From Podarcis liolepis (lineage: Eukaryota): a stretch of DNA of 64,000 nt. This document shows positions 15,701 to 27,600 of this stretch, one piece after another. Under the pieces are notes generated by a model. That model worked only from the letters and a program-made list of their open reading frames with translations, had not been told where the DNA came from and searched no databases. Every line of letters starts with the position of its first letter. Position 1 is the stretch's first letter. Position numbers and translations under genes: made by a program. The DNA lies in the NCBI GenBank assembly GCA_965112155.1, contig OZ218099.1; one strand, 5' to 3'.

Positions 15701-16342
15701 GTAAGTATTGCAATAAATATATTATGGGCTGCTGCTGTTCCTTGTTATGTGTATCTGCAATGTGGTACACATGTAGCACTCATTTCTGTATTTAATGTTC
15801 GCTTTTCCAGTGTGTAGTTTAATAACTAGAAAAATTCTAGCAAAGGAATATCCTGAATAGTACAGGGTCCCTGTACAGCCGGTCATTTATACAAGAATAA
15901 GTTAAAAAGGTGTGCTGTGGGACATAATGGAACTGAAGGCTAAATCTGTTATCTTCCCATTGTGAACCAATCCTGACTCTATTTGCATTTTCTTGACCCT
16001 GCATCTGTATACCCCCATCCTGAGTTCTGTTTCTTAATCTCAAGTAGTGACAAAATGTTGGGAACAGGCCCTTTACCTGTTGCAAGCTTCAGGTTTCATT
16101 AAGTGATTTGTCCTTATGACTGTGATGAAAGTTCTTCCAATAGAAGGTGCAGATTTTGGATCTGTCTGACTTCTTTTCTTTTTTAAAAAGAATCTCTGTA
16201 GAACAGGAGAAGAAAACAAGGAAAGATTCCCCACAGCGCTAGTTAGAAGGTTACAGGTTGCAAATGGGGTGTCATTCATGCTTGATTCTAAGATGGTTCA
16301 CAGTCCCTGTGCTGGAGACAAACCTGACTGGAGCCTGGTCTA

Positions 16343-16540
16343 GTTACAGATAGGTAGCCGTGTTGGTCTGTCATAGTCAAAATAAAAAAGTTCCTTCCAG
16401 TAGCACCTTAAAGACCAACTAAGTTAGTTCTTGGTATGAGCTTTCGTGTGTATCTGAAGAAGTGTGCATGCACACGAAAGCTCATACCAAGAACTAACTT
16501 AGTTGGTCTTTAAGGTGCTACTGGAAGGAACTTTTTTATT
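16343..16540. mobile_element. Penelope-like element terminal (pseudo-LTR) insertion with inverted arms
   Basis: Perfect 71-bp inverted repeat 16380-16450 / 16471-16541; flanking 14-bp direct repeat tggagcctggtcta (16329-16342, 16541-16554). Confidence 0.8.
16450..16487 (+). ncRNA. Minimal type-I hammerhead ribozyme motif (Penelope-associated)
   Basis: gtat-CTGAAGA-a-gtgtgcatgcacac-GAAA-gc-TC-atac: conserved core, helix II, 4-bp helix I, helix III reduced to palindromic AGCU. Confidence 0.7.
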
Positions 16541-16890
16541 TGGAGCCTGGTCTATAACTGTTTCTGCAGCTACTTACCTTGGAACCATTGTTTTATAAAA
16601 GTGGAGTATACTTAGCCCTGTCTAGGATAGATAGATTACTCACAAGTTGCTGAAAGCACTTTGTAAGAACCCCTTGAGCACCCTGTTGGTTTATTTATTT
16701 AACAAAGGAGAAGAGGAAGAGAAGGAAGAATGGAAATAACTCATACACTAATACTTACTCCTATAAGTAAATAAAATTATTTCAAAAGTGATGAGCTGTT
16801 GTGCATGAGTATGACCTAATTTTGTCAGAGCTGATGATGAAATTAAGGGATGGCAAGCTAATGCTTTATTTGTTTTTACTTTTCATCTAG

Positions 16891-16978
16891 ATCAAGCGCC
16901 ATTTCAGTTGTGAAGATTCTGAGAGTTTTAAGGGTCTTAAGACCCTTAAGGGCTATAAACAGAGCAAAAGGACTTAAG
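16891..16978 (+). CDS. CACNA1D: Exon 24 (88 nt): [29 protein letters not shown] (IIIS4 voltage sensor)
   Basis: catctag acceptor, aag|gttgtt donor; periodic Arg/Lys. Confidence 0.96.
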
Positions 16979-17821
16979 GTTGTTATCTGAATTTTCTTTT
17001 CTGAATTACAAACAAATAACATTAGAAACATTAGTTGGCATTTACCATTAGAAACATTAATTAATGTTAGAAACATGAATAAGTCATGCGGGCTTTGGAG
17101 CCAATGTTTATGCTTCCTAGAGTAAAACTGCTTTTCAGCAACTGCTTTTCAGCAACATTTTATTCATTTACATACACCAAAATGTGTACTGGTTGCCATG
17201 TAAGTGCAAGGCAGGCATCTTTAGGAAAGCTATTCCACAAACTGGGTATCACTGTTGAAAAGACCCTCTCCTTTGTTGTTAAATAGTGTGCCTTCCCCCA
17301 AACCCTAATGGGGTCTCCTTTGTAGCCATCATGCATCACAGAGGGTTTCTGCTTCTCATTTTCCTCTGAGTGGTACGCTGCTTGTTATTCCATGTTTCCC
17401 CTGGATCTGGTCCTATCAAATTCCTTGCCCACCTTCTTCCTTGCCCCAGAGCAACAGAAATATTTACACTGAGACAGCTTAGGGAACAGAAAACCTTTTC
17501 CATCTGCTCTAGTTGTAAAGGTTTGTGACTGCAAACCTATACATTTTTATGGGAGTCAGTCCCACTAAACTCAATAGGGCTTGCTTTTGTGTTGGCATTT
17601 CTAGGATCACACTGCTAGCTTCTAGTGAAGCTGTTTCAGATTGCCTAGTAGGGATAGCAACACTACAAAGAGCAGTGTGATCACCCTTTAAGATGCTGCT
17701 CCTTATTGCTTACAAATTCTGAGGATGAAATTGAAAGAGCATTGTTTGGAATGCCAATGAGATCTCTTAATTTGCTAGGCTGCAACCGTATACACATTTA
17801 TCTAGGAGCAAGTGGCCCTTA

Positions 17822-17971
17822 GTTCTGAGCTCAGTCGGTAAAGCATGAGATGCTTAATCTCAGGGTCATGGGTTCGGGCCCCATGTTGTGCAAAAGATTC
17901 CTGCATTGCAGGGGGCTGGACTAGATGACCCTTGCGGTCCCTTCCAACTCCATAATGCTATGATTCTATGA
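17822..17971 (+). mobile_element. tRNA-Lys(CTT)-derived SINE with CR1-type 3' tail
   Basis: gctcagtcggtaaagcatgagatgcttaatctcagggtcatgggttcgggccccatgttg is a decayed tRNA-Lys; followed by ggactagatgacc...cccttccaact...tgattctatga. Confidence 0.8.
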
Positions 17972-18077
17972 CGTGCATTGTAAACAATAATTAATGAAAT
18001 GCAAGTTCATTGAGCATGATGATGAAAACACCCAACGAAAATTGCACTGACCCTTTATTTTCTTGACTTCCCCACAG

Positions 18078-18185
18078 CATGTTGTTCAGTGTGTCTTTGT
18101 CGCTATTCGGACTATTGGTAATATCATGATTGTTACAACTCTGCTCCAGTTCATGTTTGCATGTATTGGAGTCCAGCTCTTTAAG
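18078..18185 (+). CDS. CACNA1D: Exon 25 (108 nt): [36 protein letters not shown] (IIIS5)
   Basis: cccacag acceptor, aag|gtaaga donor. Confidence 0.96.
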
Positions 18186-18364
18186 GTAAGAAGAGAATTC
18201 CAACCCTGCCCCCGCCTCAAACCTAGCAATTCCAGAGAACTGCACTAGTAAATTATTCTTTGCAAGCCTTATTGAACTCCAGTAGAGATGCATGTAAAAA
18301 AAGATAAGAATAGTTAATGGTTCTGTGCCATGGATTCTACTTCCATGTTCTGTTTTATCCATAG

Positions 18365-18417
18365 GGAAAGTTCTATCGGTGCACAGATGAAGCAAAACAA
18401 AACCCAGTGGAATGTCG
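18365..18417 (+). CDS. CACNA1D: Exon 26 (53 nt): GKFYRCTDEAKQNPVECR
   Basis: ccatag acceptor, cg|gtacga donor. Confidence 0.95.
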
Positions 18418-18513
18418 GTACGAACGTTTTCCTCTTAATCTGCCTGAATTGGTGGTTTTTTTTAAAAAAAGCATTGCATTTCCACAGTAGCTATCTGCTT
18501 TTTCCTCCTGTAG

Positions 18514-18660
18514 GGGAATATTTATTGTTTATAAAGATGGAGATGTGGAGAGCCCAATGGTGAGGGAGAGAGTATGGCAGAACAGTGATTTCAACTTTGA
18601 CAACGTGCTTACTGCTATGATGGCTCTTTTTACGGTTTCTACTTTTGAAGGATGGCCTGC
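18514..18660 (+). CDS. CACNA1D: Exon 27 (147 nt): [49 protein letters not shown] (domain III pore loop)
   Basis: ctgtag acceptor, gc|gtaagt donor. Confidence 0.96.
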
Positions 18661-19098
18661 GTAAGTATACCATTTATGAAGGTCTTTGCTGCTATTTTTA
18701 AATAGTGAGCAGCTGCTTATGTTGGACACCATCTTCCTTTCGGCATGATACTTTTGGAAGGACTAGGATCCTTGACTCTCACTGAAGGTAATGGGAAGTG
18801 AGGACATGTCTTAATAACTTTTTTATTATTATTATTTATCCTGGAGATTTTTTCCCCACTTAGGAAGATCAGTGAAATTTCCTGATGATTTTCCAAATAG
18901 ATAATTTAGTCTTTAAATAAAGCTTAAAAATAAATGAATCGAAACCTCTGTATTTTTAATGTAAATTAGGTGAAACTTTTGCAAAACGTGTAAATACAAT
19001 AGTCTTGTTTCATAGTTCCCACCTGCCAGTTGCAACTAGAATTAACACTTTCAGTCTTCTTTACTTTAAATCACCTTCTTTCTATTTTTTTTTTATAA

Positions 19099-19341
<243 letters not shown>

Positions 19342-19687
19342 TAACATGGAAACCGACGTCTAGTATCCGTTGTTTCAGAAGAGGGTGCTTTTCCATTTTA
19401 CTTATTTCTATTAAAGAGTAAATTTCCTCATGAACAATCATTGGATAGTGGTAGAGTGCAGCATGCAGACTTAGGCAACTGAAAAGTTAACCATGGCCAT
19501 ACTACACATTCATGTCTTTCTTTCATAAATAAATTGTTTCAGAAATAGGAAACCCCTCCACATGTGAGGTAGCCCGCATATATTGGAGGTATCTTAGGTT
19601 ACTTCTCTGATGTGAAGCTTGTTTTGATGTTATTTCCAGTTAAATTGTGACCCTCACTGCTATGTTTGAAATTTCTGCCTCTTATAG

Positions 19688-19912
<225 letters not shown>

Positions 19913-20123
19913 TAATGTTAAGCCACTTTGCAGTAGACTTAATTATAATTCAGAATTCTAATTGCTTGTATAATTTAAGGATGAAGCCTTGTGCAGGTGT
20001 TAAAGGCACAAGAACATTCATTAGTTCAAGATTATGAAAAGAACTAAGGGTTGTTTTTTGTTTTTGTTTTTATTTACTGCCTACAAATATTCTGAATAGT
20101 CTTCTCATCTGTTTCATTTGCAG

Positions 20124-20234
20124 CACTATGGGCAGTCTAAACCTTTTAATGATGCAATGGATATTCTAAATATGGTTTTTACTGCAGTGTTTACTGTTGA
20201 AATGTTTCTGAAACTCATTGCATTTAAGCCCAAG
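20124..20234 (+). CDS. CACNA1D: Exon 30 (111 nt): [37 protein letters not shown] (IVS2)
   Basis: ttgcag acceptor, aag|gtaaga donor. Confidence 0.96.
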
Positions 20235-22238
20235 GTAAGAGAATTTGCATTGTTTAGTTAGGATTAGTTATGCCTTTGGATCAGTTCTCTTAAAACCACA
20301 TGTTTTTTCTGTTTAAAGAGACAAATAGCAAACAAGATTTCGTGGTAAAGTATCAGAGAAATCTTCACAGAACTATTCCATCTGATAATGCTGTGCATGC
20401 AACTGCAGGAAATGAGACGTAGAAATGTTTTTTAAATGGTTGCTGAGCAATAGATGCGGTCAGAAGTATATTGCTGTTAAATCCCCTCTTTCTAAATCAT
20501 TCCTTTCTAGAGCGGAAAAGTATTCTCCCACCACCTTAAATTGTACACACACAACACAACAATTATTCATGAACTTTTGTAGACAATACTAAGGTTAAAT
20601 AAATACTATGGATTAGCTAGCACACTTGACCACTTTAGTAGCATAATATCACAAACCACTGTCACATAAATGGTCAAAATTAAAGCTGCTTGAACACACA
20701 AGTATTTACAAATTGGTTCTTTTGACAGCTGTTAGTAAACATTTTCAAAGACACAAGCAGGTTTGAGCAATGGTGAGCACTTCATATAAACCTGAGTTTG
20801 AAACCAAAACTTTTTTTAAAATTCAGAATTTGTTAATTTTATAATTTTGATGTAGATTTCTTATGTACGATCTAATTTCAACCATTTTCTTGTGCCTGTG
20901 GCCTTGCAGTGAGCTTTTGCAGCCTGAGAGCCACATTCCAGAACTGGTTGTGGTCAAGAGCAAAGTGGGTGTGGCCAGCCCACATACACAAACCACACTT
21001 GCACACAACACACATCCATCCATCCTCTCACTGACTCACTCACACACCTGTTTTGTCATGCACAGTTCCAGCCTCTCACTCCCACCTCCCACCCATACAC
21101 ATTTAGACTTAAAAATACTGTACCTTCTATTAGTTCTTAGAGGAATTTCCCACCACACACATCTACTTGCAGTGTGTAGGGCATATTCCTAGAAAGTTAC
21201 AGTGCATGGGGAAGGCTAAGCCTTCCTTCCCCAGCTGTGAAGCTCCCGAAAATAACCCTACATGGCAGGTAGAAGGATGGGAGCCACAGGCTGCATCTGG
21301 CCTTTGAGCCTTGGCCTCCCCACCCTGACTTAAAATGCTGTTTTTTCTTGGAAGGCAAAAAATAAATAAAAAGCATCTTCCTCTTTTTTTGGAGAACAAT
21401 AGCATGCTGCATCGATACTCTTCTCCCTGCAGAAAGGAGTCAGCCTACGTGTTCGTGGAAGTTCCATTGTTGGAACATCCTCTTATTTTATTAAAAGCAT
21501 CTGGGGGAAAGGGGTAATTTGGATAAGGGTGGGGTTCCTCCCCACGTTGATTACTAGCCAGTTACTATCCCCCTTCCTCCAAGGTGCTCTTAGCTGTGAA
21601 AGAGAACTGTATGGATTAAACTCTTAAGTCTGTTAAATTTTCCCCTCTGCAGCTGGTACCAGCTTTGGAAGGGGTAGTTTAGGTGAAGGCAGTAGTGCAA
21701 AGGCAGAGGGTCAGGGCCCCTCACTGTAGCCCTAAACTAAATTGAAGGGGCCATGCCTGGTTTTGGAGAAATTAAACAGCATCAGGAGCATAGGCTAGTC
21801 TTACTGTTAGAAGAGGTGGTCACTTCAGGCGTCAAAGGCAAGGGGCAAAAATGGGTGAGGACCTGTTGAAGGGCAGAGCCATGAAACCTGTTCTGCTTTC
21901 CTTAAGCTAGCCTGCTTTCCTCAGGTGCAGTGGAGGATGTTCTGCTGCTGACAGCATTGAAGTAAGATTAAACTATCAGTTTGGTTGGCTTTCGTATGTG
22001 AAATGGGAGGGAGGGTGCCATCTTGTCCTTCACCTCTTGGGCTGGTCCTGATCAGGTGATCCAACTACAGAACATCCATACCATGCGCAGTGCTTGACCA
22101 TTCTGAATTGGTGATGAGAAATTTACAAATAAAGGTGTTTTAATGCCAGCTGAAACTAATGTTAGATGTATAATTTCATGAAAGACAACTGTTGCCTAAT
22201 TAGATATGGAATTGTTTCCTTTTGCCATTTTGAATCAG

Positions 22239-22268
22239 ATTTGTGTGCCAAAAAAGAAAAGATACCTA
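22239..22268 (+). CDS. CACNA1D: Alternative 30-nt microexon (30a-like) in the IVS2-S3 loop: ICVPKKKRYL
   Basis: tttccttttgccattttgaatcag acceptor, cta|GTAAGT donor, phase 0/0, no stop; resembles the 10-aa chicken hair-cell insert (recalled as IFVRKKERWL). Confidence 0.8.
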
Positions 22269-24173
22269 GTAAGTAGATGTACATTGGGTTTTTGCAGTGA
22301 TGAAAGCTGTGAGATGTGTGATGCAAGTATACTTGCTGTGACTTGTCCATATATTGCATTCTCCCTTTTCCAGAGTCATCTTTATTTCTTTTACTTAGTG
22401 TTATCTATCTATTTATTTATTTATGTTTGCTTGCTTTGGCTTTGCACATTGCTGGGAACAATATTTGTACACGCTGACAGGAAAGGTTTGCCTTAAGAGA
22501 TTGATATGTGACATGTTGTTCCAATATTCTGGCAGTTCCCATAGTATCTCCATTGGACTCATTCCTTCCAAGTAGAAAGTCTGCACAAGACTCTCACACC
22601 ACAATGATAGGGTCTTATAATTGCCTCCTGCTCAGCAACTGATGTTCTGCTTGAGGGGAAGGTTTTCAGCCCATCAGCATTTCTTCAGGAGTGTCTGATT
22701 CCTGTCCATGGTTATCTTCAAATACTTGAAAGTTGTCACATAGGACCCAAACCAATGAGTTCCAAAGCTATGATTCTAATAGAAACATGGCTCACAATGC
22801 TTTATAATGCTTGAAATTCTTTTTTATGCTAATGTTGTAAGAACAGAATGTGAAATTACAAAGAAATAGGCCCTCTCTTCATGGGATAATCATGGGATTA
22901 TCAGGAAAGAACCTGATAATAAAACTCCATACCCTTTAGAGATTTCATTGAACAAATGAGTCTTCAGAAATATCTGGTGGTTTGGAATAACCCAAGTAAT
23001 AAAGTCTGGAAGTGCTAGTTATGCTGGTTTGTTTGTTTTTATTTTCCTTCCCAAATTTGAGATTAAAAGGTACACTAATAGTACAGAGCAGAACTGTTTC
23101 AAAGCTGTTTTAAAAATATTTCTCAATAAGCACACACAAGTAGCTTAAAACTAGCAAGGGGCTTAAATGCTGCCCATTAGCTTTATGTAGTCTGTCTTGC
23201 CTTTCACCATTATGTCACAGTGTTTCTGTTCTGAGCACCATCTTTTTCCATTTCAAATTGACTTGGTTCATTTTCAAGCGCTTCTTAAGGATCCCCCCCC
23301 CCCATAAACAATAGTGGTGATGCATCAGAGTATTGAAGGACATCCTGTACAAGAAACCTGGGGGAGGCAATTTGCAACCGACTGATCTTGCTGCTGCCCA
23401 AGGGTCAGCTTCTCCCCCAAATAGGCATGCTATAGGAATTTGATTTCTGTCATTTCCGGTGCAAACTGACATGGAATGCACACTCTGGACCTAATGTGTG
23501 GATTAAAATCAAATGAGCCCCTGGGATTGTGCACTTATACAAATTTTGTAATCCACTTCTTGGTTCAAAAAATGTACCTCCCCCCCCAAAAAACCCACAT
23601 GTATTTTGGCCTAAAATACATTTAGAAATGTAAATGCATTTAAATATTTCATTAAAAAAAATAATCACAGAATAATGCAGAAGGCAGATGGAATGGATTT
23701 ATGAATAAGCCCGTGTGAAATTGTCACAGTGGGAATAGATTAATCTGCCGATCTCTAGCCGCAGTAGTTTAGGAGAACAGAATAGCCACCCTAAGTTGTA
23801 GTATAGTTTCCAGCCTTTTACCCTTTGGAAAAGGATTGGAAAGTGGACTCCTCTGAGGGCAGGGGTATGGAACATCTGGCCTGTGGGCCTAATCAGACAA
23901 ACCAACAGGATCCAATTTCCACCCTGTCCTGTACAAACCTGTTTACATTCACACAGATTCAGTGCTCTTCAGATTCCTGTCAGCATGTGGGGATCAAATC
24001 ATGTCACATATCAGCCTTTCCTTCAGTAGACAATATTGTTTTGTTTTTCTCATGACACCATGGATTTTTGTTTGAAGTAATTTCTGTTTATGAAAAAACT
24101 AAACAGAAGTATGCAAATATTTTGACATTTCATGTGTAATCACAAACGTTTGCACCCTGCCTGCTCTGTTCAG

Positions 24174-24257
24174 GGCTATTTTAGTGATGCCTGGAACTCG
24201 TTTGACTCCCTCGTCGTTATTGGCAGCATAGTAGACATCGTTCTCAGTGAAGCCGAT
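24174..24257 (+). CDS. CACNA1D: IVS3 mutually exclusive exon, first copy (84 nt): [28 protein letters not shown]
   Basis: gttcag acceptor, gat|gtgagt donor. Confidence 0.95.
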
Positions 24258-24574
24258 GTGAGTATACCCCAGCCAAACCCCTTCAGTCCCACTTCTCTCT
24301 TTTCCGTTTTCCTACTTATTTCTATTATCTGGACAAGTCACAGAATTTGGATATATTTCTAAACTGAATGCAAGCCATTCATAGTTCAGCTATGGCAATT
24401 TAGGAAAACAACTAGCTTCTGTTGGCTTCCCATTTTCTCAGACTTGAGGTGAAAAATGCAGTACTGGTGCATTGCGGAAGCTCAGATTGTGTTTCTGTGT
24501 TATAACACTGTCCTTTTTCTTCTCTTTCTTTTCTGTTTCTGTTTTCTCGTGCTACTGAATGCTTGTCCTAACAG

Positions 24575-24658
24575 CACTATTTCACTGATGCATGGAACAC
24601 TTTTGATGCCTTAATTGTTGTTGGTAGCGTCGTTGATATTGCTATAACAGAAGTTAAT
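24575..24658 (+). CDS. CACNA1D: IVS3 mutually exclusive exon, second copy (84 nt): [28 protein letters not shown]
   Basis: ctaacag acceptor, aat|gtaagt donor; paralogous to 24174-24257. Confidence 0.95.
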
Positions 24659-27600
24659 GTAAGTAACCACCATTCACCCCACTACAAAGTAATTGCTGTC
24701 CATCAGAATAGAATAGAAAAGTAGAAATAGAATTAACGATCCATGAATCCCAACACCTTTTTTTGTTTTGTTTCCGAGGAGTGAATTGTTTTAGTACTGT
24801 GTGAAGCAGTGGTTCTATCATTACCACAGCGATGACTGCTGACAGATGCACAAAAGCTAAGACAGAATGAATTCAAGGCCATCGTATTACAAAGGTGTCT
24901 AAAGGAAATTCAGACCTGTACAACCTGTTGATTCTCCGGTGTTTCATAGTTGACCAACTACAAATAGTAGCTGGGTTGGGGCTGAGTGAACTTCCTGCTT
25001 TGTTCCCTGCCTGGGATTAAAAATAAATGGCTGAGGGGCTGAATTTGATTTGATGACTCATAGGTTGCCTAGACCTGATTAGTGTAAGCAACTGGGGAAC
25101 CTCCATTGCTTTTGGAGAATTCACTTTATTGGCCATGTCTGTGATGCAATTGTAGTGTATTTCTAAGTTATTTTTTTGGAGTTGTTGCTAAGCACATAGA
25201 GCTGCTGATTGCTGCCCTGCCTCCAAATACCTTATTCCTCTTCTCCCAAAGGAAACAGTCTCCATATTTCCATTAGAAGGTAGATAGTTCCCATTTCCTG
25301 AGGGTTATAGAGCTCCACGAAAGATTTTATTCAAGTACAACAGGATTCAAGCAGTTTCCAAATTAGTGGGTTTCCCCTTCTTAGACATTCACTTGCACAG
25401 ATAAATAACCATTCTCTTCCATCATCTCTGAGTTCAGGGTTCTGGAGATTTTTTGAAATCTTAAACCCTCTTCAGACTTAAATGAATTCACTGTTCTTGT
25501 TGTTCTCTGTAAATTAGAGGACAAAGGTCTGAATTGGGAAACTTCCTTGATCGTTGGAGCCTTCCCACACATTTTAGAACTCTAATTTTCCAGGGTTCTA
25601 AAACACATAGGGAACTTCCACAAGTACAAGAGGCTTAGAATTCAGGGGGCCATCCTTCCAACTCATGGAAGAAGACATAAGACTTTCAAAATTGATTCTT
25701 GAATCTTAATACCTAGCAGATGCCATGTGTTATTGTCCCATAGAAATACTGTCCTCTGGCTTTCTGGAGTACAGTGTTCACAAGAAAGCACACAGATACA
25801 ACCAAATTTTTATTTTCATGCATATATCTCACACATGAGGGTTTCTCATCTGAATGAAACTTTGATTGAACAGATTCTCCTCTTTGCCCTTGAGATATAC
25901 ACAGATCTTAGCACATTCTACTGCTCTGTGGCCTCTAAATATTGAAGAAAAGGGGACAGTGAAAGTAGGGCCCAGAAAGTCCCGTCACTGATTATCAGCT
26001 GGTAAAGGTTAGTGGGCACAGATGAAGCAAAGAACTGGGGTGGGTTTGGAGAACCCCCAGAACAGCTTGCATGAGAGGGGAGTGGGGATCATTTTGTCTG
26101 GCAAGCTTAAAACTTCTGCTGATAGAACAGTCAGAAGAATGTGATGTTGGATTCCTCCCTTTCTATTTGCACATTCCTCATTTAGAAGAAAAGTTGCTCC
26201 AGATTCAAAACCTGGACTTCCAGATGTAATAAAATGAAATATTTTTTATTTTTGCTTGCTCTGTGTTTTTGCGTTCAGGGGGCACATAAATATTAGTTCA
26301 CCAAGCAATACTTAAGCCCAAAACATAACTAATTCGGAATAGCAGATACTCAGATGCTCAACCCTATGCAAAAAATAATTTCCTTGAAACCATATCCAGT
26401 TTCTTTAAGAACTGAGCTGCCTACTGTAAACAGAGCTGACAGCTTAACATATATTGTAGTTTACACATTTGACTTGCAATGAATAGATACTTTCACACTG
26501 TGTACTAATAACATCTATAATAATCCGTGTCTTCTTCTTTTAAAGCTAATAATGTCAGGTTATTTATAATCCTAGAAAAATGCCATTCTTGAGAGTGGCC
26601 AAGAAGACTTTAACATTAAAGTTTAATATTTTCAAATACTACCCCCAATTAAATTATACACTATTTTTACTCTAACCTTAAAATGCTATTTTAAACAAGC
26701 AATGTGCCTTCTCTTTGATGTTTTCTTAATCCAGTAATGACTGAAATCCTCTGTAATGAGGGCTTAAAACCTTGTCATATATATTGGGACAGGAATAGAT
26801 TAATACTCCTCACCAGAGTAGTGACCAGATCCATGCCTAATAATTTTTAACTTATCCTTATTCCTTAACTTGTTTTAAAAATGAGGAGGAGGCTGGTTAG
26901 GCATTAGTTTCTGAACTTGGTATGTAGAGCATTGGGCTCATGCACACGTATGCACCACCCTCTCTGGGTAAAAATATTTATTACATTTTTATCCCATCAT
27001 CCTTCCAAGGAACTCAGATTGGTGTAAATGGTTTGCCTTTTCCTGTTTTATTCTCATTCAGCAACCCTGTAGGTTGGGTAGTGTGAGAGAAGATGATTGG
27101 GCCGAAGTTAGCCAATGAGATTTGAAGCTAACCAGGTTTCTCTGACCTGCATCCTGACATACAATTGAGTTCAGCACACTGGCTCTCCAGAAGCATCAAA
27201 CAACTTGGCTAAATACCATATTAATCTGAATTATCGTGGATTTCTCTGAATTTGTTTTGCCTCCCTCTTTTGAAAGAGAGGGTCAAATAGTGGATTCAGA
27301 GAAATCCACGATACAAATTGATGAGCTTTTCTAGTGGGACCAAAATTACTTTCTACTGTGAGGCAAGGAACTAGGGATGATGCATGAGCATGCAAGACCA
27401 CAAAACACATCCCATTTAAAATAAGGTACCATTTGAATTTCCTTTCAGTGTCTCGAGTACCAGCTGTCATCTTTAAATTTGCCTAACTGCATGCTTCTTA
27501 TGTGAAAGCAATGTCTCCATGGTGGTGCATTCTTTGAACTGGAAGTAGCTCTAGGCTCATAAACAAGATGGTGACATCAATTTGCAGGATGGCAACATTT

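Noticed and set aside
17822-17895. tRNA-Lys(CTT)-like sequence as a functional tRNA gene
   Set aside because: Acceptor stem is broken, several substitutions are present and it is fused to a CR1-type tail, so it is a SINE head.
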